DNA of 64,000 bases from Bugula neritina (lineage: Eukaryota; Animalia; Bryozoa): contig OZ037767.1 in assembly GCA_964035545.1 (NCBI GenBank), positions 19,422,628 through 19,486,627 on the forward strand. The letters are read 5' to 3'. Shown here in pieces: positions 13,114 through 26,400 of this stretch (position 1 is the stretch's first letter; each line of letters starts with the position of its first letter). Below the pieces are notes generated by a model, which saw only the letters and a program-made list of their open reading frames with translations, was not told where the DNA came from and made no database searches. The translations under genes and the position numbers were made by a program.

Positions 13114-14666
13114 AAGAATGTTTATATATCTTCTATTGGATATTCACTCATTCATAGAATGCACATTGTATACATCCTTTATAACCATAATTGAGTGACA
13201 CAACTGTAATCTCAATTTAATTGTTGACATCTTGATGCAGTAATACCAAGGATCTACAATCTACAATTATTTTTAAGTAATAAGTGTTTCAACTTTTGAG
13301 TTTGCCAATTGATTTATAGTTTTTAAAAGAAGGTCAATTCTATACAGTAATTGCTTGAGAAACAGCATAGCAACAGCTAAATAAAACATTGTAAATCCTA
13401 TTGTTCAACTAACTGTAGATTGTAGCTGGTATATATACGTGTAGCTGGTTTCTGTAATATTATTGAATTGCCTTTAAATAACATGCTTGACGTCTAAAGG
13501 CATATATACTCTCCATTTAATGTTGGCTTTTATTCATTACCTAATTTCTAGCTGTGATTCAAGGAATTGCATTTCCATTTTGTTAAATGTGGTGAAAAAG
13601 CAACTCCCTATCTAAACTTGTTTATATTGAAAAGGAAGTGTTTTCCAAATTTAAGCTATCTATATATATGTTTTGTGTATTTAAAAATGTCATTTTAGCA
13701 CAAATAAAACAAAGAAAACTAAAAAATTAAAGTGTGAGGGTTTCTATTGCAAATAGGTTTTAGAAAAACTTGCCTATCCTTGTGTTTCTTTTACTTACAT
13801 TTTTTTGTTGAAACTGATTATAATTGTCAAATGTTAATTTTGAAAAGACATAATATAATGTTCCAAGTTATAATTCCAGTTCTAAAGATAGTTGAATAAA
13901 TAATAAATGTATGTGCATGTGGCATCAATCAAATGTTGAATTTGACTATGGAACATTGTCAGGTGATGAAAATTACCTGTATAATTATTTAAGTAAGAAA
14001 TAAACAATAACAATAGAAGACCAAACTGTTATAGATCTAATTGAGCATTAAAATTTGAGTGTATGAGAGCAAATTATAAACGTACAGTAACTTTTTATAT
14101 ACCTATGAAGAATGGTGGTTAGATATTTATTATGTGCCTAAAATATTCAATGATGAGTTGAGTCTAATCATTGGACATGCTACATATATATATATAATCT
14201 ATCATATATAGTTTAGAAAGTATAAGAGTAAAATTCATTGTATCTATGTATAGAGAAATAATATTATCTAGACGTTGCATGGTGAGCATGTAATAATTTA
14301 AGTAATATAAGTAAATTTTGACCAGCTATTTTTTAATCCATATCAAGGAACTAATACAGTATCAATCGCTATATTAGTTTATTTACATAAAAGCGTGACG
14401 CTATGAATTCCTGTAATTCAATTCACCGATCATAAAGAGTAGAAAAAGTTTATAAGAGTATGACATTCCACGCCTTTTGCACTTTTGTTATTTCAAAAGC
14501 TTCCTGGTTACAACTTCATACAAAAAGCTGAGTCAGGCACTTGGAATCATATTTTCAAAAGCAAGCTATAACGTACAGTAGGCTATATAGGTAGCAGCAT
14601 ATATAAACTATTAGGCTTGATTGCGGTTTACGGCATATGATCTTATATTTAGTCTCAAGTTTCAAA

Positions 14667-15731
14667 ATGAATGTTAAATGGCTGTTATGCTTCATCTTTT
14701 TTTCTTTCTGCTATGCAAATTTGAAAAATGTAAGTTTTTGACTTTTGATTAATTTATATTTTAGAACTTCAATTTTGTTATAATGTAAGCAAATTTAGAA
14801 TATCATACACGGTATTAGTATATTTTTGTATTGTTTGACATCATGCTTGCTAATAGTATAGAAGTCTACTGTAACCTATAGACAAATTACTGTGTATAGC
14901 CTACTATAGATACTTTATCGCATAGGTATATTACTGTATATAGGTATATTACTGTTATATATAGGTATATTACTGCATAGGCATATTACTGTATAGGTAT
15001 ATATTACTGTACGTATAAGCATATGCTACTGCATGTACAAGCATATTACTGTGTAGGCATTAGTAATATATTTATAATAAAATGAACTCTTTTAGGTTTC
15101 TAAACAACCAAGGTTCCTAGCAACTAGAATCAAAGCAAGTAATGCAAAGCAGGGAGGAGCTGTGAAAGTACCATCTCCCCAGAAGCACAAGTTAGAGAAA
15201 CAACAAACTGAGTCAAAGAGAGTAGCAAACACTGCAACTAAACTACCTGATTCAAAAGAATCTGTTTCTCAACAACGTGGTCCTCATTCAAAACTGCAAA
15301 GCAGGAATTTCAACAACAAAAATAGTAAGTATTTTCATGTTACTCATATAATTACCGATATACCCTATATAACTTTATTTAAAAACTATTTACAAATGAT
15401 GGTTTTGTTGAAAAAATATCTGTTCAGGTTGTGCAAATACTAATTTTTTTTATAGATCTACTTATAATGTTAAGAGGTTTTAGATTACTTAAAAAAAACT
15501 AATAAATAATAAACAAATTATTTTAATAATTTTACTTATAATGTTTACTCATACTCTGCAAAAATATATTTGGTTATAATTATAATGAAAATTTTAAAAT
15601 TGTGTAATTATGACATGTATTATAATCCAGGTGCTGCATGATTGGTATAAAAATGTGGTAAAATTAAAAATATGATTTTTATTGTAGATTCAACAGCGAA
15701 GTCATTTGTTGGCAATCCACCAATTGGATGA
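14667..15731 (+). CDS. Secreted precursor gene 3, ~111 aa, lacks the DPVVATL exon, ends SFVGNPPIG*
   Basis: Exons 14667-14729 (MNVKWLLCFIFFSFCYANLKN), 15096-15324 (VSKQPRFLATRIKASNAKQ..., homologous to the LEV.IKASDF exon), 15688-15731 (NSTAKSFVGNPPIG*; alternative in-phase acceptor 9 nt downstream). Confidence 0.8.
14870..15060. repeat. Degenerate ~16-bp intronic tandem repeat (ATAGGTATATTACTGT)
   Basis: Visible repeated units; also present in copy B near 22500-22715. Confidence 0.75.
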
Positions 15732-17551
15732 GAAGTAAAGATGGTCATGTCAGAAATTAAGGACGTGTAACATGATATTATTTTCTTGTTTTTTTGATGC
15801 TGAAAAATAAACTGTAACAATAACGTTGGTAATCACCAAAAACATGTAGTATATCATTTATATTCACTTCATTGCACCAAATTTTTAGTTAAATTTAATA
15901 ATTATGCCACCTCAAGATTATTATTTTACAAATTTTACCTATTTTAATAATTAAAAAATTCAATTTGTGCAGCTAACAAATTATTGTGTTTGTAGACGTG
16001 ATTGAAATTATACAATTATAGTAAATAATAAATAGTTAAATATTATTAAGCATAAAAGCACAATACCAGAAACTTGACTGGCTTTAAATTTGCTTTTCAA
16101 AGTAAAAAAAAAACAAAAATAAACTAACTATATGATAAAATTTTTCGCATAACAAGGAACCATTACAGAAATGTATGTTATTGGATGTCCTAAATGTGTC
16201 AGCACCGATGCTGGTTGCTGATGCACAGATGCAGGATAAAACTCAACTTTTTGCTTAATGCTAAGAGTCTATATATTTCATAAAATATCTTAACAATTGT
16301 TTGGGCAATATGTACAGTCTAAGTTGTCTGTATTTTTTAACAAGGGGAAAACTAGAACAGCAAATGATCACAGCCAACTTTCCTCTTTCATTTCCTGAGC
16401 TGTACTAATTCATAAAACAACAAAAAGCTACTAGTAAAAAGCTATTGCAAAGGCTTCTACAAAAAGCTTTCATCAAACAATATTTTACTACAAGCTGGAA
16501 AAAAAGCTCCTGTAGAACCAACACTCTAGACTATCTAACCAAATTGAGAATTACGACTCTGGTTGAACATGCAGCATGATAACATATAGCATAGCAGTAT
16601 TCTAGTAAGATGTTATTGTGTCACTACATTGGAGATACGCTTGAGGTTTGCTTAGGGTTTTGTCGTGTTGAACTGAATTAGCATTTAACTATATAGAGCT
16701 TCCTGTGTATTTAGTTCAACCTGGTGACTTGAACATATTCAAGTTTTAAAAAGAAAGCATTTTAAAAGCCTATATATCTAAAATATTTATACATACTGCA
16801 TGGTATTTAAAGAGAATTGAGTTGCGACAGTATGCAAAGTGTTTACTCTGGGAGTCATGATGTACCGGTGTAGGAGGGAGAGAACAAAAGCTTTTATGCA
16901 CAGCACAGCTGCAAATAAAAAACAACTAAACAACTAAATGCGTATTTACTATATTATAACAATTCAATGCATTCATTACATTGAGGAAGTACCTTAGACA
17001 TTGAAAGCATACCCTACAAATTTTTGCTGCATCAAACTATTTAAATCCTGGGAGTATTCAAAAATACAAACAATTTGCACAATAGCCCATTGACTAGTGT
17101 CAAAAATAACTTGTTGTTTACTTAAAATTGAACAATCAACATGTTTCAGACAAATTCCTTTCTAAATTAACAGCCACTGCATAAAGACTAGTTCCTCATA
17201 AAATATCCTTAACTTCAGAATGAAAAAGGAGAATTATTGTCTCCAGTTTAATTTATAACTAATGCTCAACAAAGCGAATAAAAACACAGGTGTTGAGGAA
17301 AATCTGATGCAGTAAAAGATAGAGTTGCATGAAAAAAATACTTGAAAGGTTTGTTTCTATTAAAAGATTAACTTATTTATTAATTTGTTGCATGCCATTC
17401 TTTGCAGGTATGAATGCAAAACTCTATTATTCTTAAAAAAAATGATAAAGTAACATCGACAATAATTATAGTTCTTGATTTATGATAATTGATGTGCAAT
17501 ACAAACATTTTACAATCTACATAATATATCATCTTAATTTCTTGTACTTAA

Positions 17552-17900
<349 letters not shown>

Positions 17901-17915
17901 ATATATATATATGTG

Positions 17916-18011
<96 letters not shown>

Positions 18012-18053
18012 TATATATATATGTCTGTGTTGTATGATATATTATAGCACATA

Positions 18054-18361
<308 letters not shown>

Positions 18362-18384
18362 ATATATATATATGTGTATATATA

Positions 18385-18466
<82 letters not shown>

Positions 18467-19221
18467 TGTGTTGTATGATATATTATAGCACATAACATAC
18501 ATAAGCACCTGCTTATAAACATACTAAGCAGTAAGGTTGCTGGTAATTATTTACCAGCCTAAAACAACATAAAATTGACACCTGATTATGATATCATATT
18601 AGTTATATTTTAAACAATGAGGAAAGTATTTTGGAAAATTAAACTGCATTTCAACTTAATTGAGTCATATTTTAGCTAGCATGGTAACAGAAGCATATAC
18701 AACATGGCACCAAGTAGTGTGATGAAAGACTTTCGCATAACTTGAATCTGTTCCAATTCAAACTAAATTATAAATACATGGTATTCCCTAGTACTCTAGT
18801 GCTTGGAATTATTACCCAATGTAATCCTCTCAACATGGTACTATATATGAAGCTAGTAATGAAACCTCCACCACACATTGCCTCAAGTTTAAATGCTTTC
18901 ATATTTGCATTGAACTCCCAATCTTATACTTTTTTCTCAAGGAATAAATTTAATCGCTGCATTCCATACTTTTGTGAGTAGATTTTTTATTTGACGCAAG
19001 GATCAATTGGAATAAAACCACAATCATAACAGTTTATGCAAAACGCAACACAGGTTCAATGCATGGGAACACAGTGAATGTATACTATACAATACAGGGG
19101 TTGAAAGCGCAGGTTAAATGAGAATACAACAAGACACATGCCACTTTAAAAGAAACAGAATATTGTAAGGCAAGCAACCTGCATGCGAACACACAAAGTC
19201 AAAGTGCAGACAACTGATTTA

Positions 19222-19565
19222 GCCTAGGGCCACACGGTGCGTATTTTCGCATGCGAAAATTGAAATCACAAGTAGCAAAGGTGTCCACTGTGCGCGTTGA
19301 GAAAACGTTCGCACTTGCGTTGAAAATGCTGAGCGACAAGTGCGAATCGTCTCTGTCATCGTCACCTAATTGGCTGGTAGCTATTCAGCGAGCCCAATTT
19401 CTTTAATTTAGTGCTACATTCCAGTAAATTACGTTTTATTGAAAGCGAGTGCGATTTAAAAATGAAAGCTTTATTTATCACGCATCACTGACGCTACAGT
19501 GGACACCTTTGCTACTTGTGATTTCAATTTTCGCATGCGAAAATACGCACCATGTGGCTCTAGGC
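19222..19565. mobile_element. PIF/Harbinger-type MITE, 344 bp
   Basis: ~70-bp terminal inverted repeats starting GCCTAGGGCCACAC; flanks TTA/TAA; empty site GATTAAGTT in copy A near 11720; second copy at 31196-31539. Confidence 0.9.
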
Positions 19566-20889
19566 TAAGTTACCATGAAGTTCATGATGCCAGCTAGTTT
19601 CAAGCTATAACCGTATATCTATATATAGACTTAGTAAATTTACTAGTTCATTCAACAATATGAAATAAAAACATTTGGCAAGTGTCTAGCTGCAATGATA
19701 AAGCTACTGCAATTATAATACTTCTAGCTACAAAAAAAATATTTTTTTGAAATCAGAAAATTGCAAACTTATCTGCTTATTTTGTTGAAATATACTTTAA
19801 GTTATTGTGCTAGGCAGTTATTCTAAGGCATTAACTCCAATATTTTATTTCACCTGTTTTACAATAGTTATGAATATGTCCACACAGCTGTAGATGTAGA
19901 TGCAGTAGTGTGCACTCTCGCAGTCTAAATAATATACAAAAGTCAAGGCAGACTGGATGGTAAAGTTAAGGCACAGTGCGCAAGTTCAACCAATTTTATT
20001 CTATATATTTTTACATTTGAGTCTCTGTGTTTCAATCTTCAGACTTTATATTCTTTATTTTTAAATTTTTGAAGAATCTTTTTGGGGGAGCTAGCTGTGA
20101 CTGCCCTATATTGCAGTACAAAGTGCAATATTGTGTTACTCTTAGTTGTTGCTAAGATATTTAAAAGTACCACTAAATCTTAGTATGATATACAAATACA
20201 CACAACTTCCTGATTGCTGGCATTCTTCACACATAATAACTAAACTGCAAACTTTCTTGTGAAGTTATAAAAAAACTGCTAAAAATAGAATTTCTATAAC
20301 AAGTTGAACTTTGTCACAAAATGAAGGAAATAGTTCTCGCATTAAAGATCATCATTGCCATATCTCACATAACAAAGTTATATGCAAACATTTCGTCTGG
20401 TTGTGTAAATCTGAACTGGTTTTATCAAGGAATGCAATATAATTTAACTTAATTAATAATCATGATGCAACATATCCTGATAATCCACACAAACTGTGAA
20501 ATGATTGCTGGTTTATGATCCAATGTGTGTTGACACACTATATATAGGCTAAAAATAGACTCCCTGATTGTGATCAAAGGCAAACATTTCCTAATATTTC
20601 TCTCATTTGTCATTATATAAAAATTATTATTTAAACATTATTTTCCCCCAATATTTAATTAAAAAACCACTTAGTTTGACATGTTTCCTTTTACATTGCT
20701 TTGTTTGAATGCAAAGACTAAACAAGAAACTGTTTTTAGTAGATAGTAATTGTATTTTTAAATGGTTTATGTAACTATTTTAGCAATGGAATTTTAGAGA
20801 TGAAACACTGGTCACACTGCCTTAAAATTCTCAGAGTTAGATTGTGATTAAAAAATTATTAGTCTTGTTTAAATGCCTAAAAACTCACT

Positions 20890-21060
20890 TAAGTTCATAG
20901 TCATTATCCATGTGAGAACCCCCGATGGAAAGGGTTTTTATTAATCGGGTTAAGAACTTACTCAGATGTGACACAGGAGCAATTATATGACTGAATGCTC
21001 TTCCATACCTCACCAATGGCCTTTACAGGAGTTCGAACCCATGACTCCGTGCTTGCTTAG
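20890..21060 (-). mobile_element. tRNA-derived SINE-like repeat
   Basis: GAGTTCGAACCC (B-box on the minus strand) plus the shared family body. Confidence 0.75.
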
Positions 21061-21499
21061 TCATATCATTGCATAATCTTTCTCTAATGGTTTAATTGGT
21101 TTCAATATCTAATTTCAATGAAATCATAACCTTTGATCTGTCGCCATACCAACATGATTGACTGGTAGCTAGCTGTTACACACTTTTCATTAAGTTAGAC
21201 CTATAATATCATCTAATTGCTAGAGTTGGTGGAGATTTAGACTTATGTCTGATTATATGAGTATATTTGGATTGATTAAATGCTTTAGTACCTCTCTGTA
21301 GTGAAAAGAAAGTCATTTTATATGTCTTTTAAAGTCTAGTGATATTTAAAATGCAATACATTTTTTCTAGTAGAAAATGGGCCAGCAATCTGGCATATTA
21401 AGTAATTAAAACCAGCAGATTCTGGGAAGCAATATAATGTATGGCAAACAAAGAGATATATTTCTCTGCAAGACTCAGAGTTAACTTGAGTTATGAAGT

Positions 21500-21564
<65 letters not shown>

Positions 21565-22300
21565 GCATCAATTAAATGTTGAATTTGACTATGGAACATT
21601 GTCAGGTGATGAAAATCATATGCATAATTATTTAAGTAAGAAATAAACAATAACAATAGAAGAACAAACTGTTATAGATCTGATTCAGCAATAAAAATTT
21701 GAATGTATAAGAGCAAATTATAAACGTACGGTAACTTTTTATATATACCTATGAAGAATAGTGGTTAGATATTTATTATGTGCCTAAAATATTCAATGAT
21801 GAGTCTAATCATTGGGCATGCTTTATATATAATCTATCATATATAGTTTAGAAAGTATAAGAGTAAAATTCATTGTATATATATATATATATGGAGAAAT
21901 AATATTATCTAGGCGTTGCATGGTGAGCATGTAATAATTTAAGTAAGGAGTTAAATTTTGACTAGCTATTTTTTAATCACTATCAAGGAACTAATACAGT
22001 ATCAATCGCTATATTAGTTTATTTACATAAAAGCGTGACGCTATGAATTCCTGTAATTCAATTCACCGATCATAAAGAGTAGAAAAAGTTTATAAGAGTA
22101 TGACATTCCACGCCTTTTGCACTTTTGTTATTTCAAAAGCTTCCTGGTTACAACTACATACAAAAAGCTGAGTCAGTCACTTGGAATCATATTTTCAAAA
22201 GCAAGCTATAACGTACAGTATATAGGTAGCAGCATTATAAACTATTAGGCTTGATTGTGGTTTACTGCATATGACCTTATATTTAGTCTCAAGTTTCAAA

Positions 22301-23385
22301 ATGAATGTTAAATGGCTGTTATGCTTCATCTTTTTTTCTTTCTGCTATGCAAATTTGAAAAACGTAAGTTTTTGACTTTTGATTAATTTACATTTTAGAC
22401 TTTCAATTCTGTTATAATGTAAGCAAATTTAGAATATCATACACGGTATTTGCATTTTTGTATTCTTTGACATCATGCTTGCTAATAGTATAGAAGTCTA
22501 CTGTAACCTATAGACAAATTACTGTGTAGCCTACCATAGATACTTTACCGTATAGGCATAATAATGTTTAGGTATATTACTGTATATACATTGTAGGTAT
22601 ATTACTGTATATAGGTATATTACTGCATAGGCCTATTACTGTATAGGTATATATTACTGTACGTATAAGCATATGCTACTGCATGTACAAGCATAATTAT
22701 TACTGTGTAGGCATTAGTAATATATTTATGATAAAATGAATTTTCTTAGGTTTCTAAACAACCAAGGTTCTTAGCAACTAGAATCAAAGCAAGTAATGCA
22801 AAGCAGGGAGGTGCTGTGAAAGTACCGTCTTCCCAGAAGCACAAGTTAGAGAAACAACAAACTGAGTCTAAGAGAGTAGCAAACACTGCAACTAAACTAT
22901 CTGACTCAAAAGAATCTGTTTCTCAACAACATGGTCCTCATTCAAAACCACAAAGCAAAAATTTTAACAACAAAAATAGTAAGTATTTTCATGTTACTCA
23001 TATAATTACGATATACCCTATATATCTTTATTTGAAAATTATTTACAAATAATGCTTTTGTTGAAAAAATATCTGTTCAGGTTGTGCAAATACTAATTTT
23101 TTTATAGATCTACTTATAATGTTAAGAGGTTTTAGATTACTTAAAAAAACTAATAAATAATAAACAAATTATTTTAATAATTTTACTTATAATGTTTACT
23201 CTAATTACTCTGCAAAAATATATTTGGTTATAATTATAATGAAAATTTTAAAATCGTGTAATTATGACATGTATTATAATCCAGGTGCTGCATGATTGGT
23301 ATAAAAATGTGTTGAAATTAAAAATATGATTTTTATTGTAGATTCAACAGCGAAGTCATTTGTTGGCAATCCACCAATTGGATGA
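22301..23385 (+). CDS. Secreted precursor gene 4 (recent duplicate or allele of gene 3), ends SFVGNPPIG*
   Basis: Exons 22301-22363, 22750-22978, 23342-23385; frame intact; five amino-acid differences from gene 3, all in the linker. Confidence 0.8.
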
Positions 23386-25203
23386 GAAGTAAAGATGGTC
23401 ATGTCAGAAATTAAGGACGTGTAACATGAGATTATTTTTTTGTTTTTTTTGATGCTGAAAAATAAACTGTAACAATAGCGTTGGTAATCACCAAAGACAT
23501 GTAGTATATCATTTATATTCACTTCATTGCACCAAATTTTTACTTAAATTTAATAATTATGCCACCTCAACATTATTATTTTACAAATTTTACCTATTTT
23601 AATAATTAAAAAATTCAGCTTGTGCAGCTAACAAATTATTGTGTTTGTAGACCATTGAAATTATACAGTTATAGCAAATAATAAATAGTTAAATATTAGT
23701 AAGCATAAAAGCACAATACCAGAAACTTAACTGGCTTTAAATTTGCTTTTCAAAGTAAAAAGACAAAAATAAACCAACTACCTATATATGATAAAATTTG
23801 ACATATAACAAGGGACCATTACAGAAATGTATGCTATTGGATGTCCTAACTGTGTCAGCACGAATGCTGGTTGCTGATGCACAGATGCAGGATACAACTC
23901 AACTTTTTGCTTATAATGCCAAGAGTCTATATTTCATATAATATTTTAACAATTGTTTGGGCAATACATTATAAGTTGTCTGTATCTTTTAACAAGAGGA
24001 AAACTAGAACAACAAATGATCACAGCCAACTTTCCTCTTTCATTTCCTGAGCTGTACTAATTCATAAAACAACAAAAAGCTACTAGTAAAAAGCTATTGC
24101 AAAGGCTTTCACAAAAAAGCTTTCATCAAACATTATTTTACTAAAACCTAGAGAAAAAAACTCCTGTAATATACTAACACTCCACTATCTTACCAGATAG
24201 AGAATTAGGACTCTGGTTGAACACGCAGCGTGATAAAATAGCTGTATTACTCCAGCTAGATGTTATTGTGTCGCAACATTGGAGATACGCCTGAGGTTTG
24301 CTTAGGGTTTTGCTGTGTTAAACTAAAATTAGCACTGAACTATAAATAGCTTCATGTGTACTCAGGTTACCAGCTGGTGAATTGAACATATTCAAGTTTT
24401 AAAAAAACGTTTCCAGAAGCATATATGTAAAATATTTCTTTATGAATATACAGCATGCAAGGTATTTACTCTGGGAGTCATGATGAACCAGTGTAGGAGG
24501 GAAAAGAACAAAAACTTTTATGTCAACATATAGCACAGCTGCAAATCAAAAGCTGGTTTGGTTCAATACATAGTGAACAACTAAATGTGTATTCACTATA
24601 TTATTACAATTCAATGCATTCATTACATTAAGGAAGAACCGTAGACATTGAAATCCTACCCTACAAATTTTTGCTGCAGCAAACCACTTAAATCCTAGGA
24701 GTATTCAAAAATACAAACAATTTGCACAATAGCCCATTGACTAGTGCCAAAAATAACTTGTTGTTTACTTAAATTGAACAATCTACATGTTTCAGACAAA
24801 TTCCTTTCTAAATTAACAGCCACTGCAAAAAGACTAGTTCCTTATAGAATATCCTCAACTTCAGAATGCAAAGGGAGAATTATTGTCTCCAGTTTAGTCT
24901 ATAACTAATGCTCAACAAAGCGAATAAAAACACAGGTGTTGAGGAAAATCTGATGCAATAAAAGATAGAGTTGCATGAAAAAAATACTTAAAAGGTTTGT
25001 TACTATTAAAAAATTAACTTATTTATTAATTTGTTGCATGCCATTCTTTGCAAGTATGAATGCAAAACTCTATTAATCTTAAAAAAAATTGATAAAGTAA
25101 CATCGCCAATAACAATAGTTCTTGATTTATGATAATTGATGTGCAATACAAACATTTTACAATCTACATAATATATCATCTTAATTTCTTGTACTTAATG
25201 AAT

Positions 25204-25894
<691 letters not shown>

Positions 25895-26400
25895 GATGTA
25901 TACAATGTGAAGTAAGTAGAAAACAACTGCAGTTCTATTATTAGATGTAATAATTGCAATTATATAGATTCCTTTAACAACATAAATTCGATTTCCAAGA
26001 AATTAGACGGAAATAATAATCTGCTTCATTGGACTTTGATAAAAAAGGCCATTGTATGCAATATGTAAATGTATGAATAGCTGTACAGTCATAATGGGTT
26101 CATTCTGCGTAATATAGCAACCAGTAAAGTATATAGGTCACGCAATACCTGTCTTACTACGGATATTAATCACTTCGGCTCTCATGCATGGTATGCATTG
26201 AAACAACTTCATTATTTTACAGTTTAGTTGCGCTGTACTTGCATGCCACATATTATACTGAAGTGGACTGATTGAATGAATAATTCATCTTTCTTTTAAA
26301 AATGTTGCTATAACTTTAAAGTTTTCTCAGTTTTATAAATGAATGCTTCTCTTCTATAAACTCTCATTTACAAAATAGTAATTTATCATTCAGTTTCAAG

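Larger units (their letters stand above)
18485..25205 (+). repeat. Segmental duplication copy B (contains precursor gene 4)
   Basis: Colinear with 10986-17555; differs by a MITE insertion, a replaced segment (~20995-21560) and scattered SNPs/indels. Confidence 0.92.
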
